Both the position numbers and the translations under genes were made by a program. A stretch of 64,000 nucleotides of DNA from Perkinsus chesapeaki ATCC PRA-425 (taxonomy: Eukaryota; Protista; Perkinsozoa): assembly GCA_013115145.1 (NCBI GenBank), contig JAAPAO010000088.1, forward strand, positions 1-64,000, given 5' to 3'. The notes under the pieces are model-generated. The model was not told the DNA's origin and did no database searches. It saw nothing but the letters and a program-made list of their open reading frames with translations. Below, one piece after another: positions 22,357-35,521 of the stretch (its first letter is position 1; the number at the start of each line of letters is the position of its first letter).

Positions 22357-24285
22357 ATGTCACCCGTTGCGTCGGCGATATTCCCTTCAAGGTCTGCACG
22401 CATGCGCACCATTGTTCCTCACCCGGAATGTCACCTGCTGCTAGTGTCGCATCCTCCCTTGTAGTTAGTACAGCTTCCCCGTGGCCTTCTATGCCGTTAT
22501 CTAACACTCCCCGCACTACCGAGGTTTCCGATGTGATTGAGGTAACCGGAGAGACATGCCCACAGCGTCGAGAGCCCACTGTACACATGATGCTCAACGC
22601 CATGGACTTCAAGCTTGTGGCTAAAGGTGGGCATCGCTCTCGCTTGCTCGGTCTAGGAATTATGGCATGGCCTAGTCGGCACGTAACTCCACCGTCGGCT
22701 TTATTAGACTATCGCTGGCAAGCCATTCTCTCAGGCAAGCTTCCCCAGGAGAGTTGGGACTACCTGTATTCGGGTGCCGGTGACGAATTCACCTTTCAAG
22801 AGAACGAGGCTATGTTTTCACGGTGAGTTCCTTGCCTTCTACTCCCATCCGAGCACGTTGCTTTCTCAGGATAGCCTTCGTTCCGAGAGTGTTACGTAAC
22901 GTGACCAATGTCACTTGCACAACAACTGTGTTGGGCAACGCCTTTGATGTGCCTTTTTATGTCACTGGTATGGCCATGGGGAAGCTCTTCCATGAAGATG
23001 GTGAGATTGCAACGAAGGGCTTCGAATGGATTACATTCAACTTGAATGATTCAAGTTCCGTTTCGAGAGCTCTTTCTGTGGACTTTCCTCTTCCTCGTAG
23101 CACGTGCCATGGTATCCTCCCACGTGCGTCGGTGGAGGGCATGGTTGATGTTTCCATCAGGCGAGAAATGTATGGCTAGCGGTGTCAGCAAATGTGGTGT
23201 TGCTATGGGCTATATGGTTCCAACCCTAGCAAGCTGCGGTGAGGAGCCTTCCCCCTTTCCCCGCCGCCGCCTCCGAGTCCCATTCAGGTTTGCGAAGCAT
23301 TGTTTCTTCAATGGGGCCAGCACTGCCCCGATGGTATCAGCTATGCGCTCATCCTGATGCAAGTGTGACTGATAAAATGATAACACGAATTATTAATTCT
23401 GATTTTACTGCTATGTTCATTACTGTTGACTGCCCTGGAGTCGGCCTTCGTGAACGGGACATGCGCCACAAAGTTGCACAGAATGGGGGCCCACAGGTGG
23501 CCGGATACTCGATAGCCGTGAGCAAGTACCTGGCTTTGGGTATGGACTGGGACACTGTGGCCGAGCTCGCGAAATCAACTAAGACGAAGGCGCAGGGTCG
23601 TGGAAAGGATATTGATATCTTTATTAAAGGGATATCTGCTCGTAAGTGTACTCCTTCTGACTTGGGCTTTTTCTCCCGGCTCGGCCCTTTCAAGCGCTTT
23701 TTCATTGGTTCTTCTATATTCACATTAAATCTCTGTCGTATGAGATAGTATAATATCGGCAGTAGTTATATTATTATACACTTTTCTTCAGCCGCTGATG
23801 CCGTTAAGGCCTACACAGAGCGGGACAGACTGTCCATTCGTGGTATCGTTATATCTAACCACGGCGCCAGGCAGATCGACACTATGAAGAGCGCCGTGCA
23901 ACTACTTTACGAATGTACTCGAGCTCTGAAAAAAGTGAGTGTATCTTTAACGAATAAACGTATGCTTGTATTTCAGGCCGGTTGGCGCGGCCGAGAGGAT
24001 CCACAATTTTCCGTGTTCATGGACGGTGGCGTTCGCCGTGGCACTGACGTGCTGAAGTGCGTCGCTTTGGGAGCCCGAGCTGTCGGCACGGGCAGACCAT
24101 TTATGACCGCCATGGCCGCTTTTGGCGAAGAGGGAATCGCCAGGTTTGTCCGTATTTTACACGAAGAGATTATTACTACTATGAGACTACTGGGTTGCCA
24201 TTCCCTCGAGGAACTTACTGAGGACTTCCTCGACACGAGGGCACTTGACTTCCCTCTTCGAGGATACATCCGTTCTTATCTTTGA
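22357..24285 (+). CDS. FMN-dependent alpha-hydroxy acid dehydrogenase (glycolate oxidase / flavocytochrome b2 family, no evident heme domain)
   Basis: WDYLYSGAGDEFTFQENEAMFSR, FVPRVLRNV, FITVDCP..GLRERD, VISNHGARQIDT, MDGGVRRGTDVLKCVALGARAVGTGRPF. Confidence 0.92.
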
Positions 24286-24872
24286 GGTAACCCTCATACA
24301 CGACGATCACCACCAATTCTGTCACTAATGGCTTCCGACGCCAATTTTATCTAGGAGGCTCCTATTCAAACATCTAATGATCGGCTTGCTCATATCATCA
24401 GCCTGCTTTGTCTATAAGTGTTATTGCGTTACCGAGTGAAATGGGCAGTACTATCGTTCGATAAGCTGATACCTCTATCAGTCACAAACCCTTTATGATG
24501 ATAAGTACCATCAAATGTGCTCCCTTCCTCAAAGACTCCTACGTGTAGCTATTTCATACAGTTACCTCCTCCTGTGCTTTGGACCATGATGTATATTGTA
24601 CCCTTGCCTGCTCGCAAGTTGTTTCGGAGGGAATGCTTTTCGATTTACCTGTTGCATTCACGAGTGCTGCCGACATTTTAATATCAAGTGCAACCCATTT
24701 AGACAGGATTGTATTCTGGCTCATCCAAAGGGAGTTACTGCAATAGTTATGTGAGGTTATGATTCCAGCTGTTGTGTTTTCCTGCGTTCGAGCTCTAGAT
24801 GCTTTACTGCAAGCAACTCAACAAGCATGTGAAATACACGTAACAATCAAATGCTTAGAAAATTGAGCCATC

Positions 24873-27135
24873 TTACTCCCGGCTGCGATCTTTGCGATCT
24901 CGAGATCGCGAACGGTGATGACGGCGGCTCTTCTCGCTGCTGCTATGACGGTGCTTAGACTTTTTCGACCCTGGAAAATCATCGTATTCTCAACCGTGAA
25001 GCGGCGGAATATCTTACGCATTTTTGAGAGGTGCGTTCTCCAGTCCTCAACCTCGCATTTATAATCTTCCGCCTTCCGCTGACCTTCAGTTCCATTCTTT
25101 GGCTGCGGACTCTCCTCAACTGGCGGAGCTGCCGGTTGTGGCTGAGCTGCTGGCGGGGACCTACAAACCATGTTTACATTGTTAAAGGAGCGCACGAGGC
25201 ACCTGGGCTCGACGGGGCGCCTTTCGTGAGGAGCCTCTCTTGTAGAGGAAGCGATGCCGCGATTCGAGGCGAACTTTTCTTTGAGTAGCTTACTGGTCTC
25301 TTTGATCTTGGCCCAACCTTGGTGCTGTTTACCTCTGCCATAGATGAGATAACAATAACAATATTAACAACAAGCGGAACGGATCCTCCACTCACTCCTG
25401 TGGACAACTGCGTGTATTAAAGATTCCCTGCTCACAGAACAGCAGCCCCATCAATACTGAGGAAGCAAATGCTTCTCTTCAAACCATCTTCACCGACGCC
25501 CCAACCGCCATCGAGACCTCGCCGCCCTTCCTCACCTTGCATGCTCGTGGGTCTCCAAGGTGATACGGGAATCATTCTCATTAAGCGTGACCAGGCAGCC
25601 GCAGACGTCACACACGAATTCAGTGCGAGTCATATTAAGATATTTCTCGCCGCTTAGCTCACGAATTTTATCATTTAACGGGTCGATCTGGCAAGGAAGA
25701 AAAGTCACGCGCCACGAAATTCAAAACGTTGTTGCCTGTCCCATCTTCTGCTCGGACTCAATTAGACGTCCTTGTTCAGCGAGGCCTTCCGCGTCCTTCA
25801 CCACCTTCCGAATTCTAGTCTAAAAACAGGTAACAGAATATCTATCTCATCTACTCGTGAAGGACAATAAAGAGAGAGGCAACTGCACTATGGCCGTTGT
25901 AGAGACCGGTAATGATGACCAACGCCTTAAAACAGGAACCTTGCATTGCCCGAATGCCTCCGAAAAAATAAGTTCGGAGAAGTCCATTCTATTTCTGTGC
26001 TTAATAATTCTCCTGCGAAGTAGCGCCTGTACTATATAATGTAGTATATAGGTACTCAATACATACCAACTTACCGACTAGAAATTCACCCTTCTGGGGT
26101 TTTGCGTTCTGAGTACCACCGGGGCCTCCTCGCTCTCTCTTAGCATGTCCTACGTGTTCCTCCTCCCCGAAAACATATATGCACTCATTTTCAGCTTCTA
26201 ATTGCCTCTCTTAGAGGTTAGAATCACAACCCTCTTTTCCAAATCATCGAAACAACCTCGAAAAGTTTCCAAAGCAGCGCTCGCTTTGGACCCTTGTTTA
26301 CTATTAGTTAACTTATTCACTCATAATTCATATAAGTATAACTACTCCCCCACCCACCTTAAGCTCCTCTATTTTTTCCACATTCTGAGCAGGGACCTCT
26401 ATATCAGGTATCTCAGTAGTAACCCTGGCCTTTGCTGAGCATCAATGACAGTAAGCCCTTCTTCATCTTCTGTGCCCTGTCCCTCTGCTCACCTCTTCGT
26501 ATTTTCTGTGCCAACTGTGTCTCCATGTATTCACAATAGCTCAACAATTTACGTTCATACCTACCATCACAATTTATCATTCCATAACAATTATTAGCCT
26601 CACGGAAGGCTCCACCGAGTCACCATAACAAATACGCTCTATAGTGCTGGAAAATGCAGAAGGTCTATAGTGCTGGAAAATGCAGAAGGTCTTTAATTTA
26701 GGAAAATGCAGAATTTGGGAAAATGCAGAAAATCCGTTCATGTGAGGTCAGTGTGAAAATCGACCACATGTCTTTTTTCGTTGAGACAGGTAGGTGACCG
26801 CATGCATTCCGACTCTGCCCGTCCCTTACCTGTCGATGATAGCTTGCTTTTCACGACCGTCTTCCATTTGATCGAATTGGAACTTGGTGTACTCACAATG
26901 CTCCTTGCCGCATGATCCCATATAAGCTCGAGTGTTCACAAACAGCTCGTTGGGGCTGAAAAATGCCATAGTGGGGGAAGGGCGGCAGATTACCGTACCA
27001 GAAATCCACGAGATAATACGGGCAGTATTGATCCTGAGTAAACCAATTAATCTTTTTTTCGGACCCTTTGGACTTCGCCGTAGCGTTCCGGTCTCTCCCC
27101 ATCAACTGGTCGAGAAGGGCTCGAGCTTCCTCCAT
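24873..27135 (-). CDS. LUC7: Luc7-like U1 snRNP splicing factor, paralog A
   Basis: MEEARALLDQLMGRDRN, CPYYLVDFC|PNELFVNTRAYMGSCGKEHC, second finger VCDVCGCLVTLNEND, RS-rich tail ending RSRSRDRKDRSRE*. Confidence 0.85.
26638..26730. repeat. 26-bp tandem duplication plus two further GGAAAATGCAGAA cores (intronic)
   Basis: TCTATAGTGCTGGAAAATGCAGAAGG x2, then cores near 26701 and 26718. Confidence 0.8.
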
Positions 27136-27374
27136 TGTACGGTAGAAATAAAATCGCTCTCGAAAAGTGAGGTCATGTGCATGCGTGCAGAATCATACCG
27201 TAATTCTCACAAGTAAAGAGCATATGGCATGCAGGTATTCCTAGGCGCGCGAGAATTCTGCTTGCTCATGCGTGCAGAAATTAGCCTCGTGAATAAGCGT
27301 GGTTCGTAATGCTGACACCATCGGTGATCCACTGAACTGATATAAAGCCGACTGGGAGATAGTTAACAACAGAC

Positions 27375-27398
27375 AGTAGTAGTAGTAGTAGTAGTAGC

Positions 27399-27448
<50 letters not shown>
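27375..27448. repeat. (AGT)n microsatellite, ~24 units, between the Luc7 paralogs
   Basis: Directly visible, with one AGC interruption. Confidence 0.97.
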
Positions 27449-27539
27449 AGGTTATTGTTGTTATTAGGTACTGAGCGCAAGAAGGTGAGTGGTAGAAGGA
27501 AACGCGTAAAGGCTATTTGACAGAATAAGGTAAAAGCAA

Positions 27540-30500
27540 CTAAGCTGAAGGAGGTGGCGGCAATTCCTGAGATTCCTTAGTGGTAGAATGTACGCTATCT
27601 CGACTTCTACTTCGAGTTCTGCTCTCCGCTCGAGAGGAGGAGGAAGCATTCTTGCTCGCATCGTGGTCATCATGGTGATGGTGGTGACGATGATGTCTCT
27701 TTTGCCGAGTACCTGCCATCGAATTCAAGGTTGAATGATTGACCTCCGCCGGCAGTAGACCAAACCCGCTCATAATAAGGTCGGATGATAAACAGTTAAT
27801 CGATCACATAAGCAACGAACATATGGTGCTCAAAAAAAGATGTCTATCGATCGGAGACTTTGCAAAGCCGTTCTCCATACCCAGTCGGACGACGAGCATG
27901 GCATCCAAGAATTGTAGGCGATTTTAGAAAAATACGGTATGAAACCTACGCATTTTAGCTAGGTAGTCCCTCCAGTCCTCGACCTTCTCCTTGTACTCCT
28001 CAGACGTCCGCGATATGCTAGCGCTGGCCGTCGACCCATTCCGACGTGATGAAGTTGATGCCTCCGAAGCCGGCGGGGGTGATGATGGCCTGATCAGAAC
28101 AGGTCCGCGGTAAAATGCGCATGCGTGCAAAGATTCTTCCAACTTTTTAAGTGGGCGGATGCTGCACGAGACGCGTTAGGATATATGCCAAATGGTCGTC
28201 TGTAAATCCGAGTCAACTCCAAAAAATCGCGATCGATTTCGCAAACTGCTTCGGAAAGGAATTCCTGCCGAGGAAGACAAACAGACAAGCCAGCGCTCGG
28301 TGTGAGAGGGAAAAATTCGCTGCGTCGGAAAAGCTACTGTAAAGATCCTTTACTGAAAAGTGCAGCGAGTTCTTACGGCTGCTCCTCGTTGGCTGCTGGG
28401 GCCTCGCGGGTGGGGACTGGAGTGGCTGGGGTTGAAGAGAGAGGTGGGCGGTTGTTCAAGAATTTCTCCCGAAGAATGGAGATTGTCTCACGAATCTTAG
28501 CCCACCCTTGATGCTGTTTACCCCTGAACGAGAAAAGAATCCAAGGTCGAGCGTGCAACATACAAAGAACGTCAACCTTGCACGAGATGAAAAAGCCAAG
28601 CACGCGATATAAGTTGAGCAAGCAAAGAGGCCAACCGAGAAAGAAAGAGGTAGACAATGCAAGATACAAAAAAGGTTAATCATGCAAGATACAGAAGAGG
28701 TTGATCATGCAAGATACAAAAGAGGTTGCCCATGCAAGATACAAGAGAGCTTGATCATGCAAGATACAAAAGAAGTAAGCCGCCGTTCTTACCGTGCATG
28801 CTCATGATTCTCTACGTTAGCTTTCGGATCATTCTCATTAAGTGTGACCAGAACTCCACAGACGTCACAGACAAACTCCGTACGCGTCATCATCATATAC
28901 TTCTCGCCACTCAACTCACGAATCTTCGCATTTAACGGCTCTGCCTGAAACACATGCACAAGACTAAACTTCCCGCGCGCCACAAAATTCAGCTCTCCAC
29001 CTGTCCCATTTTCTTTTCCGATTGAGCAATGTGCCCTTTCTCGGCGAGCTCCTCCGCATCTTTGACGATTTTATGAATGCGGACCTGAGGAAAGATGAAA
29101 CCGTCACAACCAGCCAAACGGAAGAATCCAAAAAAAGTTGGACGGGAAGCAAATAAAAAATAAAATCGATCAACCGTTTCAAATACTAATCAACTGCTCA
29201 CATCACCCGACTCATCAAATTGCCATCGAGCAGATTGCTCCACGTTATTTTTGGGAGAGCGGGACAAAGCCTCCCGGTACAGCATCGAGTATGATACAGA
29301 TATTAAGATATACTTTTCCCTATGAAGGTCGTCATAGGGAAATGATTTTCATCTTTGTGGGGGATGTTAGCTCACCTTGAGTCCTTCAATCTGTTCCTTG
29401 TTCTGCGGAGGAATCTCTATATCCGGTATTTCAGCAGTCACTCTAGCTTTACCTGAGAGACAATAACAACAACAGTCCATCTCAACTGGGAAGAATTTAA
29501 ACGACTTAATAATAACTATTGTACAAGGAATCATCCAATATAGCGTTGTTCATCCGTATGTGGCATTCATCAAGTAATGTCAAATTTGGAGCAGCCCAGG
29601 CGCAGTGTGTTCGCGGATCGTTATTCTTCCACTAGTAACATATTTCCTATCAAACTCCTCTCTATTATATCTCCTCCTCTGTATCACTAGTAACATATTT
29701 CCTATCAAACTCCTCTCTATTATATCTCCTCCTCTGTATCACTAGTAACATATTCCCCATCAAACTCCTTTCTATTATATCTCCTCCTCCTTCTCTGTAT
29801 CACTAGTACTACTTCCTCTCTTTACCTCCCCCTTTTACCTCTCCTTATCTTGTGTGCCAACTGTGTCTCCAAGTACTCCAGGAAGCTTAGTAGTTCTCGA
29901 GAATATCTGATACCAAAAACATCAAATCTAATAATGCAAAAAATTCATGTGAAGTAGGAAAATTTTTTCTTAAGAAATATATAACGCAGTTTTCACTATC
30001 ATTTACGTTTAATAATATAATATACGAAACTAAATATATTCGTTGATAAATCAATAATTAGACATGATAATATACTATTATTCCGTCACGCGCCACTTAA
30101 TTCCTCCAGTGCTACTACTACTACTTGTCCACAACAGCTCTCTTCTCTGGACAATCCTCCCATTCATCGAAGCGTGATTTGGTGTACTCGCAATGCTCCT
30201 TCCTGCAAGGGCCCATGTCAGCTTTGGTGTTAACGAAGAGATCGTGGGGGCTGAACAAAGTCGAAGAATTATCATTTCCCGTCCTAGTGCCAATCAGACT
30301 TGTCGCTAGAAGGACCTGGTCATGAAAGCGCGATTTTGCTGATGTCAAATGCGGGGAGCGATACCATCTTCATTTTGGTAGACTGATTATCCCTCTCTCC
30401 AAGACCTACCAAAAGTCGACTAAGTAAAATGGGCAGTATCTGGTCTGTGTCATCCAATCTATCTTCCTCTCAACAGTCTTCTTTTTCTCAGCTGCTGAGG

Positions 30501-30552
30501 CATTCCTATCCCTGCCCATGAGTTGGTCCAATAATGCTCTGGCCTCCTCCAT
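27540..30552 (-). CDS. LUC7: Luc7-like U1 snRNP splicing factor, paralog B
   Basis: MEEARALLDQLMGRDRN, PHDLFVNTKADMGPCRKEHC, VCDVCGVLVTLNENDPK, EYKEKVEDWRDYLAKMR (cf. paralog A), His/RS-rich tail; 3' end approximate. Confidence 0.85.
28657..28775. repeat. 25-bp minisatellite, ~5 units, in a Luc7-B intron
   Basis: ATGCAAGATACAAAAGAGGTTGATC-type units start at 28657, 28682, 28707, 28732 and 28757. Confidence 0.9.
29631..29808. repeat. 55-bp minisatellite, ~3 units, in a Luc7-B intron
   Basis: ACTAGTAACATATTTCCTATCAAACTCC.. starts at 29631, 29686 and 29741, with a remnant at 29802. Confidence 0.9.
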
Positions 30553-30789
30553 AACAACAAGTAAAGGGAAATATACGTTAACTGTGTAAGAGGACAATAA
30601 TACACCAGCTACAGTATAATCGAAGGCTCCACAGGGCATCGATATACTCGAGGGAGTTGGTGTTAATGTGGCAAAACTTCAACGCGAGAGATCGATGAGG
30701 CGGTGAAAAAATCAAGTGATTCAACGAATTAAATAAGTAAACCTAAGAACGCTTCAGAATGGTTCCGTCAGACATCGTGCGGCTTAGGA

Positions 30790-33700
30790 CAGTGAGAAGA
30801 TGCGCCAGCGCACGCGTGCGCGAAATGGCACAAGAATTAACCTCGACCGTATCTTGTACGCTTAGCCCCAAGATACGTCAATACGTACATACAAGGATCC
30901 CACTTACTAAAACAAACTCTACCGAGACGACTGCCCGTGCGAGAAGCTTCTACAATACCGCGCGCCACGAAATTATGTTACGAAGTGTCATATACACATT
31001 GGTTGCTGCACGCGTGCGCTTTTGCCGTCTCTCTTCTTCGATTGGGGCTTCGATGCTGGCGCCTTGTTGTCGGTCGATAGAACTCGCAAAGATCTGATGG
31101 TCTCAGCAGCAGGAGAATGAGCTGAGAAATACCTCTCCTGGGATTCGAACCGGGGACCTTTTGCTTACCCCACTTCCCAACAAACGGGTTTCCTTTATCG
31201 AGCGAGCGAAGCCCTGCCGGCTCGAGAGCCCGCGAGCTTGCACTGATCGCCTGAAACTTGCATTCAAGCTCCACAGAAAGATTCCGTTTCTCACCTTGCG
31301 CGGTGCGCACTCTGTAGATTTTGCGCATGCGTGCGGTTGAGGATACTCATCCGGCACTTTGCGGCCTCCCACGGTACTCTACCAATAACATGCTCGAAAA
31401 TCTTCCTTTCCGTTTACCCACCGTCGAGGTGTGTCCGTTCGATCGCCGCCGAATCATCAGCGTTTGCAGGGAGACTGGAGATACGTGAGCAGACGCCACT
31501 CGGGACGCGCTCGGAGTTGACCTGCAGAATGCCTCATAGGAAATCGGCGGGTTAGTCGTATTTTGATCTCCGCAAATTCAATTGCTTAGAAAAATGCGAA
31601 TGTCTACTAGACACGGGGAGGCACAGAGGAACTTCAAACGGTTGATGCCATCAACCGTTACCGTAAGGAATGTGCTTGAGGCGAACAAGTCAAGCTTCTA
31701 CACATCCAGACTGGTCAAAAGAAACTCAGAGCGGCGCCATCTTTTCGACCAGTCTATAATAATTTCGCCAAGGAATGCGACTTCTCTTTTAAGTCCATAA
31801 ACTTATTTTCCAAGCGCGGCAGCTCATTCCACGGAGGCTCACCTCGTTCGGCCATCAAACACATGTCCAAGAGGCGTCAACAGTTCACTCGCACGAGGTG
31901 GAGCTCTGAAAGATACGCATACTGAGAATCTTGCGAGTGCGATCTTAGCCTCACCGGATGCTCCCAAACGTAAGTAGAGGGTCTCCACCCGACGGAAAGA
32001 GAATCGAGTCCTGAAAACTCGTGAGTAATTTCGTGGCGCAGTGACAAACTGACCATATCCGGTGTCGTAGATGTTCTCCTTGGCGCATTATTCGCCACAG
32101 TCCCCAACGGCGTAGTTATTGTATTTTGCTCCAAGCAAAAATGGAACGCGCAATACCTAAAATACACCTGCTGGGATTCGAACCCGGGACCGTCTCTACC
32201 CAACTCGTAAACGTACTATAATATAATACTCGCGGCTAGCCTACATCGAACGGAGTTTCATATCAGATATCTTCTTCTACTAGGAAACAGAAGCCCTCTC
32301 TGTATATATCAACGACTTAACGATACAAAAAATATGTACGGTACAAATTGTACCTTGCTCTACCATATGTCCCTACCATAATGCCTTCCGTATCTTGAGT
32401 CGTCGACGAAAAATGAAAAAAATGTATAGCAATCTGGCTCGCACTGTAGAACCGCTAGGCCTACTTCTGACACCGGATTGCACTGATAGCATTCCTCGTT
32501 TCTATTTCCCCAACAGGCACAAAATAATTAATTTGAGATATCGTACGCAAGTGACCCCCTGCTATCTTACTCATGAGACTTTATATTTACGTTCCACTGC
32601 AGCACGTCCGCCAATACAAATGCCTCCAACTTCTTAAGGCGATACAGCGGAGGGCCACCACCATAGGCACCAAGGTGAATCAATCCACATCTGATAGAAA
32701 AAGGGATAATAGCGTCACGCGCCACGAAACCTACTTGCTGAGATAAATAAAACAATCTTGCAAATTGGACAAAAACAAACAATAATCCTCCCACACCTGA
32801 AACGACAAAACGCCTCGACTAGGATTTGAACTCACGCCCTTTTGGTAAACAAATCAAGTTATTACCTTGCAGGCCAAAAAGACGCTAATTGCGACGATAA
32901 TACGCCAGTTCCAATCCCTCATGCATACGTTCTCAGCGAACCGACAGGCATAAACGGCTGCTACGACTATAAGCTCATTGCAGCAGGAGAAAAACCTAAT
33001 AACACAGAAATGACAAAAACCCGAAACCCACGAAATTCGGGTTTCCCGAGCGAATGAAAAATCCAATGTAAGGACCACTGTTACCAATCGTGCACCCCCC
33101 TTAGAGATACGGGCTAGTTACGACAATGAAGACCACCCAAGAGGGAGTTAGAAGTAATAGGAAATAAAAGGTAATAGAAAATAAAAGGCAATAGGAAATA
33201 AAAGGTAATAGGAAATAAAAGGTAATAGGAAATAAAAGGTAATAGGAAATAAAAGGTAATAGAAAATAAAAGGTAATAGGAAATAAAAGGTAATAGGAAA
33301 TAAAAGGTTTCACTTGTTGTTGATGTTGTTATTGCTATTCCTGTTCCTCCCATACCTAACACACTCCCTTAGATAGCCTTGTATCTCATATAGCGGCACT
33401 GGTACTGGTGGACCACTCAATAACTTCCTTTTATGTTCCAACTCAGAATGTGCTGCCAATGGATTCAAACATGCGCAACATTCTTTAATAGAGAATGCAG
33501 GCACCGAACGAAACCTGACCTCAAAAATGACCGGATTCATTGAGTCACTTCCGTACAGCAAGAAAGTCGGATCCTATATAAGCAGTACTCTACTTAAGAA
33601 TATCGCTGGAGGCCGCCAAAGATCCGTCTACCTCAGCGCTGCTAATTTCCGTATATAGCTGCGTCGAGAACGAGAAGAATGCTCAAGCCGTTTTGAAAAA

Positions 33701-35207
33701 TCTTGATGAAAGCGAAGATTCCACAAAGCCCATCTGCGGATAATCCCGACCAGATTTATACCAGCATCCAACTACTCACATTTTCCATCACTAAAATCCC
33801 ACAAATGGTTGACTTTGGCAAGCGAATTCTCTACAATGTGCAATTTCCTATAAATCCACAAAAATGCGCTTGTTTTCCTCAAAGATTGGCTCAATCGTAA
33901 AGTTGATGACTCAGTACATTTTCTGATCCAACATAAGACATTTCTGTCCACATCTAGGATGATCAATGCACCGTCGAGGGCACGATCTCATATGCCTATA
34001 AAACAGTACCTGATAATCACATAGACGTGTAGACATCCCATCCAATACGACTGATAGGAATATATAATTACGGTCGGCACGTTTCGCGCTAACTGTCAAA
34101 CGATAAAAACAGTAAATGTAGAAATCTCCGCCGATATCCCCGGGCGGGGTTCCACGACCCTTCGAAAATTCAGCAGGTCGATTCAAACATCGATTTTTTG
34201 GAACAGATATTTTATAATCACCTGGAAGAACCATAACGACCTACGCGAGTGGATTTAAAATTGTAATCACAAATCGCTTCGCTCCGCTGCTATTACTGCT
34301 GACTGGCGTAATATAGTAGACTTCCTGCACCTGCCAAGTTCTCTCAACTCCGTTGGAAGTGATCGAGGATCCATCGTCGCTCTGAAAAATTGGGATAACA
34401 TTTCCTTAATTTTTCAGAAGCCACCGAGTCCGCTCTAATATATCGAAGGTTCAATTGAACGGGAGTGACATTCGGGCCAATTGAATTTAAAACAAACAAT
34501 TTAAAACGTGTACAATTGCCGTCGATTCTTCCTGCCGCGTCGAACGAACACACCGGCAGCAGCAGAGTTGCAAGATTCACCGATGGGCAAATCGGTGTAG
34601 AACCGATTAAAGATTTTTTTCGGTTCCTGCGGTTCTGGAAGTTTTATATAATCCCAGACAAGAGTGCGCGATGAGCGTAATATTTCCAAGACTCCTGAAG
34701 TGCTGGCATATGTATTTGGTTGCCTTCGGTTAAGCCGTGAAATTCACCAACGAAATGTTAACAGAAATTTTTTTCCTGATGGCCGGTGCGGAAGTCGACC
34801 GTGCTTCTGGCATTACGAAAAGATATTCATAGATTCGCACCAATGCACTAGAAATCGTAAGACGTGGAGAGAACAGAAATTTCAATTTTGGTTGAGAAAG
34901 TACGACACAGAAGATTAAGTCTTCGATGGTGGAACTAATTTCAATCGAAAAAGATACTTTTGAGGTTGATTGGCGTACCACTGGCCGAAACTCGAGAGTT
35001 CCACAGGAGCAAGTTTCCCATTTAATAATCCAGAACTCCAGTCTTTGAAAATACTCCTTAACAAGCAGATGCATCCTTGTTAACCTCCGAAGAATCTTTT
35101 AACCTCTACCAGTAGTACCCCCTATGTAAATTCCCGCCGAGGTAGTCCGCCGCAGCCGCTCGGTCGTCATCATAATCGCGATTCAACACGGAGATGTCTC
35201 CTCCCAT
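30790..35207 (-). CDS. Large multi-exon cyclin-box protein, cyclin-Y-like; 3' end uncertain
   Basis: Spliced core (~32530-32980) AAVYACRFAENVCMRDWNWRIIVAISVFLACK|VWEDY..LKKLEAFVLADVLQWNVNIKSHE resembles the cyclin-Y NWxRIV..LAxKVWDD..LE.FL..LQFNINV pattern. Putative start MGGDIS. Confidence 0.55.
33154..33307. repeat. 17-bp minisatellite, ~9 units (GTAATAGGAAATAAAAG)
   Basis: Directly visible; intronic in the cyclin-like gene model. Confidence 0.95.
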
Positions 35208-35521
35208 TATGGACGAGGAAACACCGTCAAGGACGAGTCTGGTCACCAGACTTTTGCGGGGCGCGTGACAGGATAGACGTTGAAGAAATGCAAGATCTTG
35301 CAAGACTATCAAGTGGCGTTTGTCGCGTGTCAATGGAGCGGCAAGGCAGGAGTATCTAGAGATGCAGAGTGTGCTTGCTCACGCACAGACTTGTACGCCA
35401 ACGAGTGTAGGTATAGCTATTTCAGGCAGGAGTATCTAGAGGTTGACCGTGCAAGATACAATAGAGGTGAAGTTGAGTGCATGTCAGATTTTTCGTATAC
35501 TTTGGTGGGCACTTTTTGAAT

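Noticed and set aside
27241-27480. Poly-Tyr ORF
   Set aside because: Artefact of translating the (AGT)n microsatellite.
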